This document shows positions 1-9,707 of a stretch of DNA of 64,000 nucleotides, in pieces. Each line of letters opens with the position of its first letter. The stretch's first letter is position 1. The notes beneath the pieces were generated by a model. The model was given only the letters and a program-made list of their open reading frames with translations. It made no database searches and had not been told where the DNA came from. The stretch comes from Spirochaetia bacterium. GTDB taxonomy: Bacteria > Spirochaetota > Spirochaetia > UBA9216. Made by a program: the position numbers and the translations under genes. The stretch covers positions 4,064,001 through 4,128,000 of the forward strand of contig OY776510.1 of the NCBI GenBank assembly GCA_963675665.1, given 5' to 3'.

Positions 1-692
1 AGGCTGTAATAACCTTCCACAGTAAGATTAACATTTACGAAACTGCTCGTTCCGAGGATTGTGTTCGCCAGCCATGACGGCGCCCATTTTACCGAGCAGT
101 CGGCCCAAAACCCATCGTAGACATCGCCGATGTCAAGCCTGTCCATCTCCACACCCGCCTGCAGAACGTTCGTAAATGTCCCATTCTTATCCGGGTAGGC
201 CTGTTCCGATCCGGATAAGAAGATCGAACCTTCACCTCCTCCCCAATTTTCATGAGGGGATGTAAAATGAGCGGCATACTTTGCATAGCCGGCCAGAAAC
301 GCCTTTTCACGGTTTGGCTCCTGGATAAATCCCTGTTTCAGTTTAAGGGAAAAATCACCCTGCCATTTGCTGTATGAATTATAATCATCAAAGCTCGGAT
401 CTGAGGTCTCCATTCCTATTCCGCCTTCAGCGTCTATAGGAATTCCGTCGCCCTCAGTCCAGATATCGGAACTGATTAGCGCTCCGCCTCCTATGATATA
501 GAAATCGGTCCTCTGGTCCTCGATAAACTCCCAACCGGTATAATCTACGCCTGCACGGACATAAACCGGGGCAAACCCGAACAGCAGATCCGAATGAAAC
601 CTTGCATCTTCAAATGCAAAGCTGAAATCTCCGGCAAATGATGATGTTCCGGCAATGATTGTAATGATTAAAAGAAAAATGATTTTTTTCAT
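1..692 (-). CDS. Exported protein, probable outer-membrane beta-barrel (runs off the window start)
   Basis: Not in the ORF track. Hand translation from ATG at 692 (SD GGGAGG upstream) is open to position 1: MKKIIFLLIITIIAGTSSFA signal peptide, then amphipathic aromatic-ended strands (VYVRAGVDY, GDFSLKLKQG, FWADCSVKWAP, FVNVNLTVEGY). Confidence 0.7.
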   Translation of the reverse strand, partial: MKKIIFLLIITIIAGTSSFAGDFSFAFEDARFHSDLLFGFAPVYVRAGVDYTGWEFIEDQRTDFYIIGGGALISSDIWTEGDGIPIDAEGGIGMETSDPSFDDYNSYSKWQGDFSLKLKQGFIQEPNREKAFLAGYAKYAAHFTSPHENWGGGEGSIFLSGSEQAYPDKNGTFTNVLQAGVEMDRLDIGDVYDGFWADCSVKWAPSWLANTILGTSSFVNVNLTVEGYYS

Positions 693-788
693 CTGTCCTC
701 CCTGAATTACCGTTTAATTTTAAGGCGGGCGCTATTATTTGTAAATAACATCTTTTTTTTTTCTCCGTTTTATACTAAAACTCTGTTT

Positions 789-1460
789 ATGCTTCTCTAC
801 CAGGATAAAGATATTATTGCAGTAAACAAAAAAATCGGGGAATACGTTCTGCCCGGAATAAAAGGCGAACCGGCCCTGATTGACAGGCTGGAGAAAAGCT
901 ACGGCAGGTTATTGCCTGTTCACAGAATTGACGTTCCCGTAAGCGGAATTGTACTTTTTGCAAGAACAAAGGCCGCCGCGGCCGACCTGGGCAGACAATT
1001 CAGCGGTCAGGCAGACAAACCTGTTGAAAAGCGTTATCTCTGCGCAGTCGACGCTGCTCCACCGGCCGAAAGCGGCAGGCTTGAGGATTATCTCTATATT
1101 CCTTCCGGTAAAAAACTTAACAAGGTACGGGTGCTGAAAGAACCGGGAAAAAACACAAAAAAAGCTGTTCTTGATTACCGGTTAATATTTCGGACGGAGA
1201 GGTATTACATTCTTGAAATCACGTTGCTGACCGGCCGTAAACATCAGATAAGAGCCCAGCTTGCGGCAGCAGGCTGTCACATAAAGGGAGATATAAAATA
1301 CGGCGCTAAACGAACCAATCCGGACGGAGGCATTCATCTGCATGCTATTTCGTTAAAACTGGCGTCGCCTTCATCCGGAGCTTCCCTGTTTATCCTTGCG
1401 CCGTTGCCTGATGATCCCCTCTGGAACGCACTGCCTCCGAACCTGCTGCCGGGAGAATAA
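789..1460 (+). CDS. RluA-family RNA pseudouridine synthase
   Basis: Motifs AVNK, HRIDVPVSG (catalytic Asp), TGRKHQIR, GDIKYG, LHA; no S4 domain. Confidence 0.93.
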   Translation: MLLYQDKDIIAVNKKIGEYVLPGIKGEPALIDRLEKSYGRLLPVHRIDVPVSGIVLFARTKAAAADLGRQFSGQADKPVEKRYLCAVDAAPPAESGRLEDYLYIPSGKKLNKVRVLKEPGKNTKKAVLDYRLIFRTERYYILEITLLTGRKHQIRAQLAAAGCHIKGDIKYGAKRTNPDGGIHLHAISLKLASPSSGASLFILAPLPDDPLWNALPPNLLPGE

Positions 1461-1467
1461 ACACGCT

Positions 1468-1788
1468 TCAGAAACTGATTCGGAAAAACAGGATCAGAAG
1501 CACAGCCAGAAGAATCAGCAGCAGCGGTATTATCCGTTTATAGAAAAGATCTGAAAACTTTTGTGGTTTTTTCGCAGGCTTTACAGGGGCGGAACCTATT
1601 TCAAAACTGTTACCGTTATTCTCTGCAGCGTAGCCGCATGAGGGGCAGCCGTCCGCAAACAGGTCCGGGCTTCCTGCAAGTCCGCAATTCGGGCATTTTA
1701 CCGATTTAAAATACCGCCCGCAGTGCGGACAACGCAGTTGGTTCCGATCAACCTGTATGCCGCAGTTGTCGCAGAAAAACTTCTGCAT
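1468..1788 (-). CDS. Double zinc-ribbon protein with C-terminal transmembrane anchor
   Basis: Four CxxC pairs (CDNC, CPHC, CPNC, CPSC) and C-terminal IIPLLLILLAVLLILFF; start overlaps the upstream stop (TAATG). Confidence 0.8.
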   Translation of the reverse strand: MQKFFCDNCGIQVDRNQLRCPHCGRYFKSVKCPNCGLAGSPDLFADGCPSCGYAAENNGNSFEIGSAPVKPAKKPQKFSDLFYKRIIPLLLILLAVLLILFFRISF

Positions 1789-4700
1789 TACTTTTTCATT
1801 ATTCCAAGCAGGGTCAGGTCATCATACTGTTCGTCTTCCTTGAGATGGCTGTAAGTAATAAACTCGTCATCTTCCTTGCCCGGAACAATATGTCCGAAAT
1901 ATCTGTCGAAACCTTCAAAATGCTCTTTCAGATATTCAGCTATGGCTTTGTCGATATTAACCCTGTCGTCCGGTCCTGCTGAAGGATCCGGATAAAGACG
2001 GAACACCCGCTCAACCGATACAGAAGCCATAACTATATCTTCGATATCCCTGTCGCAGTTTGTAAAATCAAAAATCAGTTCTTCATCTTCAAACGGGTTG
2101 TGATATTTATACAGCGAATATTTCTCTCCGGCCATAAGAGCATTAATTAAGGCCTGTATTCTCGGTATTCCGAATTCTTCGTTATCATTTCCAACCGGGT
2201 GAGTATCATGTTCCGTGCCCCTTTCAAGGCCTTTCCAGTTGCATTCAACAACATTGAAATTCTCATCCCGGAATTTTCTCTGGGCTTCTTCAAGTCCGTC
2301 TGTAAACATCAGCAGGCTGTCTCCGGGGTTAAGTTTGTCCTTGACCTGAACAAAACCGGTCCCCATCCTGACCATATCGGAAGCAAAAACTCCCGATGCC
2401 GGAGATTCAGGAAGCTCCTTGATTATCATTTTCTGCTGCCTGCTGTCATACATATGAAGAAGCTTGTCGCCTGCATTACAGATATAAAGCTCACCTGTTT
2501 CAGAATTGATAATGATTATTGTAAATGCAGCAAACCTTCCTTTAAATCCCCGCTCCTCGAGCATGTCATTTATACTGTAAGTCAGTTCAACAATATTAGG
2601 AGGAACGGGCTTTCCGCTTTTTGTTTTTACGCTTTTTCTGTTTCTGAAGAAACTGAGAAAGATTGTTGCAACCTCAACCATGATCAGCGAAGCCGGAACA
2701 CCCTTCCCCGCTACATCGCATTTTATTGCGGCATAATGAACTTCATCAATCTTCCTGAAATCAAAATAGTCTCCGGAAACTCCCTTGGCGCCTTCGTAAT
2801 AACCGAAAAATCCTATTGTCTCAGTGTCTTCTTTTCCGGTAGAAGCTTTTTTACCTGTACTGTCCTTATCAAGAGGGATAAACATCTTCTGGACTTCTTT
2901 TCCGACGGTAAGGTCCTTGTTTGCAACGGCGGCTTTTACCAGGCCGTGTGTCATCTGGTTTACTGTATCAGCAAGCACGGCAAGCTCATCACGTGTTTTA
3001 ACCTTGATTTCATGCTTTGACAGGGCTTCTTTGTCTTCAGTATCACGGATAATCTCAACACCCCGGACAAGAGTATTAATCGGCCGAATGATTATTGATG
3101 AAAGAACGAATGCTACAACAATACCAAGAAGGATTGCTCCGGCAGCTATTGCGGAAATAAGCTTTATAAGCTGATCAGTGGTTTGTTTGATATTAGCCAA
3201 AATACCTTCCGTTGACACTCCCAGCCTTACTATGCCTCTGAAGAATGAACTGTCTCCCTGTGTTCTGAAAACAATCGGTTTATAAAATGTATAATTTGTG
3301 ATATCAGCCGCCAGGTCCTGGGAATTATATACAGGATAACTTGCCGGCCGGTTTCCGATTTGAAACAGGCGATTGTTCAATTCCTTGTCAAGCTCACGAA
3401 GTTCATCCTGAATCTGGTTAATAGCTTCTTCATCTTCTGCATTTCCCGTCTGGATGAAACGCGCAACAAGCGGTTCAACCTGAGTATTTAGTCTCTTTAT
3501 TTCTTCTACAATACCGTCAACTTTCGCAGCGGCTTCTTCATTTATTGAATCTCTTAGAGCATCAGCCAAGCCTGCAATTTCATCGTTCATCAGATAATAT
3601 CCGGCAGCTCCGGCTTCTTCAGGCAGCAGTTCATCATTTGTAGCCCAAACGTAATCATATTTTTCAGGATCATAAGTTTCCGATGCGGTACTGCCTGCAC
3701 TGGTGAGCGTTACAAATACTGCATCTTCCCCAAGAGCAGACATCTGTGCCGGCAGGGTACTGAGCTCGATAATGTTCTCAGCCGGCAGGAAGGTTCTTGC
3801 ACCTGAAGCAAGGCTTTCAAGAAGAACTTCAGCCCGGTCTTCAAGTCCGGAGGCAAGAATTTCTCTCTGGTTTCCGGATGTTATAAATGCGATTGGTATC
3901 GAGATCATTGCAACTATAAGCAGAACCAGAATCGTCATCAACAATGAAAACTTGACCCTCAGCCCCATTCGTATTTTAGACATTTGAGCTATCCTCTCTT
4001 CTTTTTCTTCTATTGTTAACGGACCGCCTTCTATCAGTGCAACAGCCTGCCTCTTCAGCGTCTTTGCCTCGGTTACAAGCAGGGCGGTTCTCCTGACTGT
4101 GAAAACAAACAGGAAAACAAGCAGCATCAGCATCAGACTGAAAAGGATATATTTAAACGGTATCGTAAACCGTTTTTCCGGAATAATCCCGAGTACCGGC
4201 TGTGGAACCGATGAAAAATCTCCGAGCTTGACAGTACCGGAAGATTCCACATCTATACCGCCCTGCGTAAAATACAGTCCGCGGGAAGGATGTATCAGGC
4301 CTATTCTGTAAGTACCGGTGTCTATATTTTCCAGAACAGGTCCTGAAATGTACCGATCATTTTCCACACTGTAAAGATCGTCGTCAATTCCGTAGGTATA
4401 ATCATACGGCTCGGCGGCATCACGATCCAGAATAACCTGCTGAATCAGACCGCCGACGGAAAATCCGCGGCCGGTTATTTCGAGTGTTACTGCTCCCAGA
4501 TCATCAATCTCGCTGTTTATACCCGTAATGTAGGTTACCGGTATGTATTTATTAAGCCTGAACAGAACTGTTTCCGTCTCGCCGGTATTTCCGACCAGGT
4601 CCACAGCCCTGACGCTGAGCGACCATAATCCGTTATCAATGTTCCTGAATGGATATTCGGTATCAGCAGTTTGAACTCTGGCGGCCGGAATTCTGAAACT

Positions 4701-6386
4701 TAGAGTCTCTGTGTTTACTTCACGGTTCCATAACCCGATATACTGCAGGTTATAACTATATCCGGCAACATCAACATCTTCCGGCGGAGTCCATTTTATG
4801 GAAGATGTATTGGACAGCATTGTCTCGTTATCATCAAGTTCCGGTTCGGCAAAAACAACCTTTCCCGGCGGCGTTGTGTCCCTGACCATCTCAATCCTGG
4901 CCGGTTCGGACCAGTTTCCGGCATAGTCCTGTGCAATAACCTGAAAAAACCAGCTGCCGTCTTCTTCTATCTCAACCGTTATCTCCCTGTTTCGATCAAG
5001 CATCTGAAGACGCTCTTCGGGAATTTCTTCCGGATCTGCACTCCAGCTGTAAGAGTACCCCGCAATTCCGGATGAATCATCAGGTGAATTCCAGCGCACG
5101 GTAAAACGGCTTTGCCCGGCCGGCCTTCCTGCAATAAAATCCGCGGCACGCAGTACCGGGGCGCTTACGGTTTTATCAGGCCCAAGCATCATAAGCCTCT
5201 TGCGTCCCCGGAATTCATTTTCCCAGAGGACAAGAAGATCTCCCCCGCTCACAAGCAGATTTCCAAAAATCGACGATCCGTCGGTTATATAATTAAGATC
5301 ATCCTCAGACCAGTACAAACCGTCCCGCCTTGCCATTATATTATGATAATCACCGACTCTGTTATCAAACCAGATAATGTAATCATTGCCGTCGTACCAG
5401 GTCAGCCTCGGAGAGCGGCATTCCGCATTTCCGGAACTTACCTGCTCGGGAATCACAGTCATGGTTCCGTCATAGCCTATTTTACCGTAATATATCTGGG
5501 GGTTGCCGCCTGCAAACCCGCGTTCCCATACAAGACCTATACCCGATGGAGTACTGTGGATATAAGGTCTCTGGTTATCAAACACATACGGGTCTCCGTC
5601 GTAAAGTTCATTGAAATCCTCAAATCCCGAAAGATACAAAGGGGCCGACCAGGTTATTCCGCCGTTGTCGCTGTATTTCAGGTAAAGCTGAAAGGTTGAT
5701 GTGGCGCCTATATTAAAGGCCTGAAAAACAACAAATTCCCGGTCCATCCACGAGGTGTGCGAAGGCAGAAAATTCCCCTTGAGTTCGGATTCGGGCGCAA
5801 GCTGACTGTATCCGGTCCAGCTTGTTCCGTTATCCGACACAGAGTAGTAAATTCCCAGTGAGCCGAACTCATTCTGAACCGATTCCTGAGTAATAAAAAG
5901 AATCAGCCCGCCGTCCGACCGCATTGACAGCCTGGGGCTTACCTTCAGCGGAAAGCGCTCAGACCTCGAAATTTCACGAAAACTTTCAGCCCTGTCGTCC
6001 GACTCGTACATGCTTACCGAATTATCATTATTTGAAACGGCAAGCATTATTTTGCCGCTGTCGTCAACTACAAGTGAGAAAAAATAACTCTGCTTTCCGG
6101 TATATTTATAAGGCCCTGCAAACCTTTTATTGACGGTCCAGTCTTCTCCATTTACCGAAGAAATCGCTGAAAGATAATACTCTCCTCCTGTCTCTGAAGC
6201 TCCGGTTATCTCCTGCCAGACAGTAGCAATCACACCGCCCCCAGCTGCGGTTCTCGAGAAACCGGCGCCGCTTTCAACAAGGGTCTTCTCCTGTTCCCAG
6301 TAAAAATCCTGTGCCTGGACAGAAAAAATACCGGCGATGCATGTAAGTATAATGACGGTTGCAGCTTTCACTGCTTTAAGATTCAT
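1788..6386 (-). CDS. Large membrane sensor phosphatase: Asp-box (BNR/sialidase-like) propeller, FnIII/Ig-like modules, 3 TM, HAMP, SpoIIE/PP2C
   Basis: Signal peptide; Asp-boxes SVNGEDW, SDDRAESF, SDNGTSW, SDNGGITW; FnIII-like AQDYAGNWS and RAVDLVGN; HAMP (RPINTL...TRDELAVL...NQM); PP2C motifs SGDYFD, CDVAGKGVPASLIM, TDGLEE, DDLT. Confidence 0.88.
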   Translation of the reverse strand: MNLKAVKAATVIILTCIAGIFSVQAQDFYWEQEKTLVESGAGFSRTAAGGGVIATVWQEITGASETGGEYYLSAISSVNGEDWTVNKRFAGPYKYTGKQSYFFSLVVDDSGKIMLAVSNNDNSVSMYESDDRAESFREISRSERFPLKVSPRLSMRSDGGLILFITQESVQNEFGSLGIYYSVSDNGTSWTGYSQLAPESELKGNFLPSHTSWMDREFVVFQAFNIGATSTFQLYLKYSDNGGITWSAPLYLSGFEDFNELYDGDPYVFDNQRPYIHSTPSGIGLVWERGFAGGNPQIYYGKIGYDGTMTVIPEQVSSGNAECRSPRLTWYDGNDYIIWFDNRVGDYHNIMARRDGLYWSEDDLNYITDGSSIFGNLLVSGGDLLVLWENEFRGRKRLMMLGPDKTVSAPVLRAADFIAGRPAGQSRFTVRWNSPDDSSGIAGYSYSWSADPEEIPEERLQMLDRNREITVEIEEDGSWFFQVIAQDYAGNWSEPARIEMVRDTTPPGKVVFAEPELDDNETMLSNTSSIKWTPPEDVDVAGYSYNLQYIGLWNREVNTETLSFRIPAARVQTADTEYPFRNIDNGLWSLSVRAVDLVGNTGETETVLFRLNKYIPVTYITGINSEIDDLGAVTLEITGRGFSVGGLIQQVILDRDAAEPYDYTYGIDDDLYSVENDRYISGPVLENIDTGTYRIGLIHPSRGLYFTQGGIDVESSGTVKLGDFSSVPQPVLGIIPEKRFTIPFKYILFSLMLMLLVFLFVFTVRRTALLVTEAKTLKRQAVALIEGGPLTIEEKEERIAQMSKIRMGLRVKFSLLMTILVLLIVAMISIPIAFITSGNQREILASGLEDRAEVLLESLASGARTFLPAENIIELSTLPAQMSALGEDAVFVTLTSAGSTASETYDPEKYDYVWATNDELLPEEAGAAGYYLMNDEIAGLADALRDSINEEAAAKVDGIVEEIKRLNTQVEPLVARFIQTGNAEDEEAINQIQDELRELDKELNNRLFQIGNRPASYPVYNSQDLAADITNYTFYKPIVFRTQGDSSFFRGIVRLGVSTEGILANIKQTTDQLIKLISAIAAGAILLGIVVAFVLSSIIIRPINTLVRGVEIIRDTEDKEALSKHEIKVKTRDELAVLADTVNQMTHGLVKAAVANKDLTVGKEVQKMFIPLDKDSTGKKASTGKEDTETIGFFGYYEGAKGVSGDYFDFRKIDEVHYAAIKCDVAGKGVPASLIMVEVATIFLSFFRNRKSVKTKSGKPVPPNIVELTYSINDMLEERGFKGRFAAFTIIIINSETGELYICNAGDKLLHMYDSRQQKMIIKELPESPASGVFASDMVRMGTGFVQVKDKLNPGDSLLMFTDGLEEAQRKFRDENFNVVECNWKGLERGTEHDTHPVGNDNEEFGIPRIQALINALMAGEKYSLYKYHNPFEDEELIFDFTNCDRDIEDIVMASVSVERVFRLYPDPSAGPDDRVNIDKAIAEYLKEHFEGFDRYFGHIVPGKEDDEFITYSHLKEDEQYDDLTLLGIMKK

Positions 6387-9300
6387 CGTGTTCTATCAAT
6401 CCTTTCCTTAAGATCTATCAGCTTTGGATTTCGCTGGTTCACCGGGTTCTTCAGCAGATTCTCGACAATAATTCTTGCTTTGAGATAGTTTCCGGCGGTA
6501 TATTCACTGACGGCTTCATTATACAACTGCTGATCAGCGTTTGACATAACCACTACCGCAGTTCCGCCTACATCCGTTGAAATACGATCTTTCAATCTTA
6601 TCGCATCATTATTATCAGGATTCAGGCTTATCGCCTCATCAAGGTAGCTGAGGGCAACGTTAAACTCCGAACGCACATTTCGACTTACAATATCATATGC
6701 AAGACGGTAGAGCTCCGTGCTTCGCTGAAGTTTCTGGGGATCAGGCGGTCTGACTTTGATTCCTGCCGCATACTCCGCCTCGGTTATTGCCGCCTTCAAG
6801 CCCGCGTAATTTGCGTTGATTGCTTCAAGGTCTTTCAAATCTATATATGCCTTCTGCGGATTAGAGCTTATCAGATTACGGGCTTCAATAAAATCTGCCC
6901 TGAATAATTCATTAAAACGTTCCGGATCACGGTACTGGCTTATTCTCAAATTAAGAACTCTTGCTTCCTCGTTAAAAGGGAAAAATTGCTGTACATACAG
7001 AATGCTCTGCTCGGCCCTTGCGAAATAATTGTCGGCTTCATCCGTATTACCCTGATCATACTGGTCCCTGGCGTTCTGAAAATCCTCCCGGGCTTTATTA
7101 ATATACTGACTCATTTCGGCAAATAACGGATCTGTTGAGGCTATAACGCGCCCCGACGTTACCGACAACGCAGTTTTGGTCAGAGTCAGCCAGTATTCAA
7201 CCTCCGGGTTCGGCTCAATATTAGTATCAGCCCAGCGGCTTTGTGCCTTTATAAGCACATTCTGGGCTGCGGGGAAGTTACCGTCGGAATAATCGGCTTT
7301 TCCCTGCGTCAGATATTCACGAACCTGTCTGACTACGAGATTATTTTCAGCGACCTGAATTTCATCATACAGCCGCGGGATTTCATCATCCCGGTAAGCC
7401 CTTAAAAGCGGGTCTTCAAGGTACGACAGTGATTCGTCAAACTTGGCGGCAGCCTGCTCAAGACGTTCTTTCGCAACTGCAAACTGCCCGCTCCTGGTCA
7501 GGCGCTTGGAATCTTCAATCCGCCGTTCGCCCTCCTGCCTGGACTTTTCAGCTGTAAAAATCTGTTCCCGTGCTGCAGCGGCAAGATCGACGGCCTCATC
7601 AAGGAGAAGCCCGCTTCTGTTCAGTAAATCATCGGCATGCGCCATGGCGGCGGCAACATCCGCGCCGTTTCGAACAGCGGGACGCTCATTGCCGATTCTG
7701 ACAATAACATTTTCAATATCGGCCGTCAGGGTTTTTATCCCGGTTTCAACCGCCAGCAGCATTTCAAGCGCCCTGTCCGGATATTTGTACAGGACCTCAA
7801 AGTCGGCCGCTTCTGCCGCCTCATCGGGAACCTCCGTCTGTCCGGGTATTCCGCTGATCATAGCGTCGCTCTCTTCAGCTGCAAGTTTCTCGGCAATATA
7901 ATTCTCTTCAAGCTGCTGTATCTCCAGCTCAAAGATCTGCCCGGTAAGCGCTATCTCGGCAGTCAGCACTTTACCGACAAGATCTCTGTACTCATCAGCA
8001 GGAATGGAAGCCGTGTCTGCGCTTCTTGCCAATTCAGAATCATCTGCATTATCAAGCTCAAGTTCCTTAACGCGGTTTTCCGCTGTTTCGAGCAGTGATT
8101 CGAGAACTTCTCCTTCGGATAATAATTCAGCCTTTATCAGAGCGCCCTGTTCATAAAAATTTCCGTTCTGATCATCGAGAGCGCTTATTCTCCTGTTATA
8201 ATTATCAAAAAGCCGTTGTTTCTCCATAACCGTCAGCATTTCTTCGGCTGTATCATATTCCTGTTGAAGATACAGTAAATCGGAATAAAGCGACTTCTCT
8301 GCATAGCTGAGCAAACCTTCTCTTGCAAATTCAGAATCCGACTCAAGAAAACTCGACCCGAATTCATAAAAGGAAATGCTGTTTTCCGAAATCCGAGATG
8401 CATTTCCAAATGCTGTTTCAGCTGTATTGTAATCGCCATCTTTATACCGGGAGTATGCACCGGTAAAAAGGTCTTCGGAAAGCTGCATACTGTTTTTCGC
8501 AACAAGGTTAAAAAGACTGTTCCAGTAAATTTCAATCGAACCGGTGATTCCCTCAGATTCGTCTACTGTTGTTCTGCCGTTCAACAGCCTGTCCATATAG
8601 ATAAGATAATGAACCTGCTTTTCGTCGCCGGCAGTATTTCTGATTATGTCTTCCTGAACAATAAAATAATCCGCCAAATCCTTCAGCTCTTCCCTGATTT
8701 CACCGGCTTTCTGCATTTCAGGCATAAGTTTATTAATCTCACTGATATATTCATCCGGATTTCCGAGATTAAACATGGTCTGTATAATATCCTGCATTTC
8801 CACAAGCCCGGGATAAAGCTCAATGAATTCCAGAGCCAGTTCATTCATACGATCAGTTCGACTGAATATATCGTTTACAACAATGTTGCCGTAACCCGCG
8901 TCCCTGAAAATGTCGCGGCTTAAATCAAAACCTTCCATGTAGGTTTCCGCAGCGGCAGCGTACTCTTTGTTCATCAGCTGAACCGAAGCCCTTTCCATGA
9001 TATCAACCCATCGGTTGTTGTTAAACACAAATCCGGCCGTTTCTCTTGCCAGAACAAGGGATATTCTTGTTGCTTCATTGGGGTTCGGATCAAGTTCTTC
9101 AAGTTCCTTGATTATCGGATACGCAGCTTCAACATCATCACCGCCGTATGTTTCGATAAGTTCCTCATACCGGTTGTTATAGCGTTCCTTTTCTTCCCTG
9201 ATACGGGCCAGCAGTCCCTGAACATCATCAATACGTTCCGGATTGCTTTTCAGGTATTCGGTCAGGATCCTGAGCGCTGCATTGTATTCCTTATCTTCTA

Positions 9301-9421
9301 TCAGCTGCTCGACTTCAGTAAAATCATCCTCACGCGAACCGGAAGCATACAGATCCGCCGCCGCAAAAGAAAAAATAATGAGAAACAAAAATACTGCGGA
9401 TCTGAATCCGTGTTTTAACAA
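6383..9421 (-). CDS. Large exported TPR/alpha-helical protein
   Basis: TTG start with SD AGAGG; signal ending YASGSRE; TPR-like repeats (ALSYLDEAISLNPDNNDA, ARIIVENLLKNP); ATGA overlap with the downstream gene. Confidence 0.8.
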   Translation of the reverse strand: MLKHGFRSAVFLFLIIFSFAAADLYASGSREDDFTEVEQLIEDKEYNAALRILTEYLKSNPERIDDVQGLLARIREEKERYNNRYEELIETYGGDDVEAAYPIIKELEELDPNPNEATRISLVLARETAGFVFNNNRWVDIMERASVQLMNKEYAAAAETYMEGFDLSRDIFRDAGYGNIVVNDIFSRTDRMNELALEFIELYPGLVEMQDIIQTMFNLGNPDEYISEINKLMPEMQKAGEIREELKDLADYFIVQEDIIRNTAGDEKQVHYLIYMDRLLNGRTTVDESEGITGSIEIYWNSLFNLVAKNSMQLSEDLFTGAYSRYKDGDYNTAETAFGNASRISENSISFYEFGSSFLESDSEFAREGLLSYAEKSLYSDLLYLQQEYDTAEEMLTVMEKQRLFDNYNRRISALDDQNGNFYEQGALIKAELLSEGEVLESLLETAENRVKELELDNADDSELARSADTASIPADEYRDLVGKVLTAEIALTGQIFELEIQQLEENYIAEKLAAEESDAMISGIPGQTEVPDEAAEAADFEVLYKYPDRALEMLLAVETGIKTLTADIENVIVRIGNERPAVRNGADVAAAMAHADDLLNRSGLLLDEAVDLAAAAREQIFTAEKSRQEGERRIEDSKRLTRSGQFAVAKERLEQAAAKFDESLSYLEDPLLRAYRDDEIPRLYDEIQVAENNLVVRQVREYLTQGKADYSDGNFPAAQNVLIKAQSRWADTNIEPNPEVEYWLTLTKTALSVTSGRVIASTDPLFAEMSQYINKAREDFQNARDQYDQGNTDEADNYFARAEQSILYVQQFFPFNEEARVLNLRISQYRDPERFNELFRADFIEARNLISSNPQKAYIDLKDLEAINANYAGLKAAITEAEYAAGIKVRPPDPQKLQRSTELYRLAYDIVSRNVRSEFNVALSYLDEAISLNPDNNDAIRLKDRISTDVGGTAVVVMSNADQQLYNEAVSEYTAGNYLKARIIVENLLKNPVNQRNPKLIDLKERIDRTR

Positions 9422-9707
9422 CTAGACAGCCTCTATTTTCCGTATTTTGACAATCTGCGTTTAAATATTTATTAAATAACGAATTGCCATACATTCCCCA
9501 ACCTGCTGAAAATCAGCATTAGACGCTTTTTCAGGTATTACACACCTGTTTCTATTCTCGGCCGAATAAAGGCCCCTAATGAGCTGAGATTAATCCTCTC
9601 AAAGCTAATATTATCACAAATAACAGATATTTCCGTTGAGTATTGCCTAACTCGTGCCGTTGATTAAAGCAATGGATATGCAGGCTAAATTGTTGTATAT
9701 TGATTAA

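Noticed and set aside
753-762. T10 tract in the barrel/rluA intergenic region as a phase-variation switch
   Set aside because: Short A/T tract, equally explained as an UP element; no evidence of length variation.
2199-3020. 273-aa plus-strand ORF and similar long antisense ORFs (14048-14767, 19831-20742, 27826-28563, 48172-48915)
   Set aside because: Fully antisense to well-supported genes, no motifs; typical shadow ORFs.
9644-9659. Sigma-54-like CGGCACGAGTTAGGCA on the minus strand upstream of the TPR operon
   Set aside because: GG-N10-GC spacing is right, but the -12 element (AGGCA) is poor and it lies over 200 nt from the start; not supportable.
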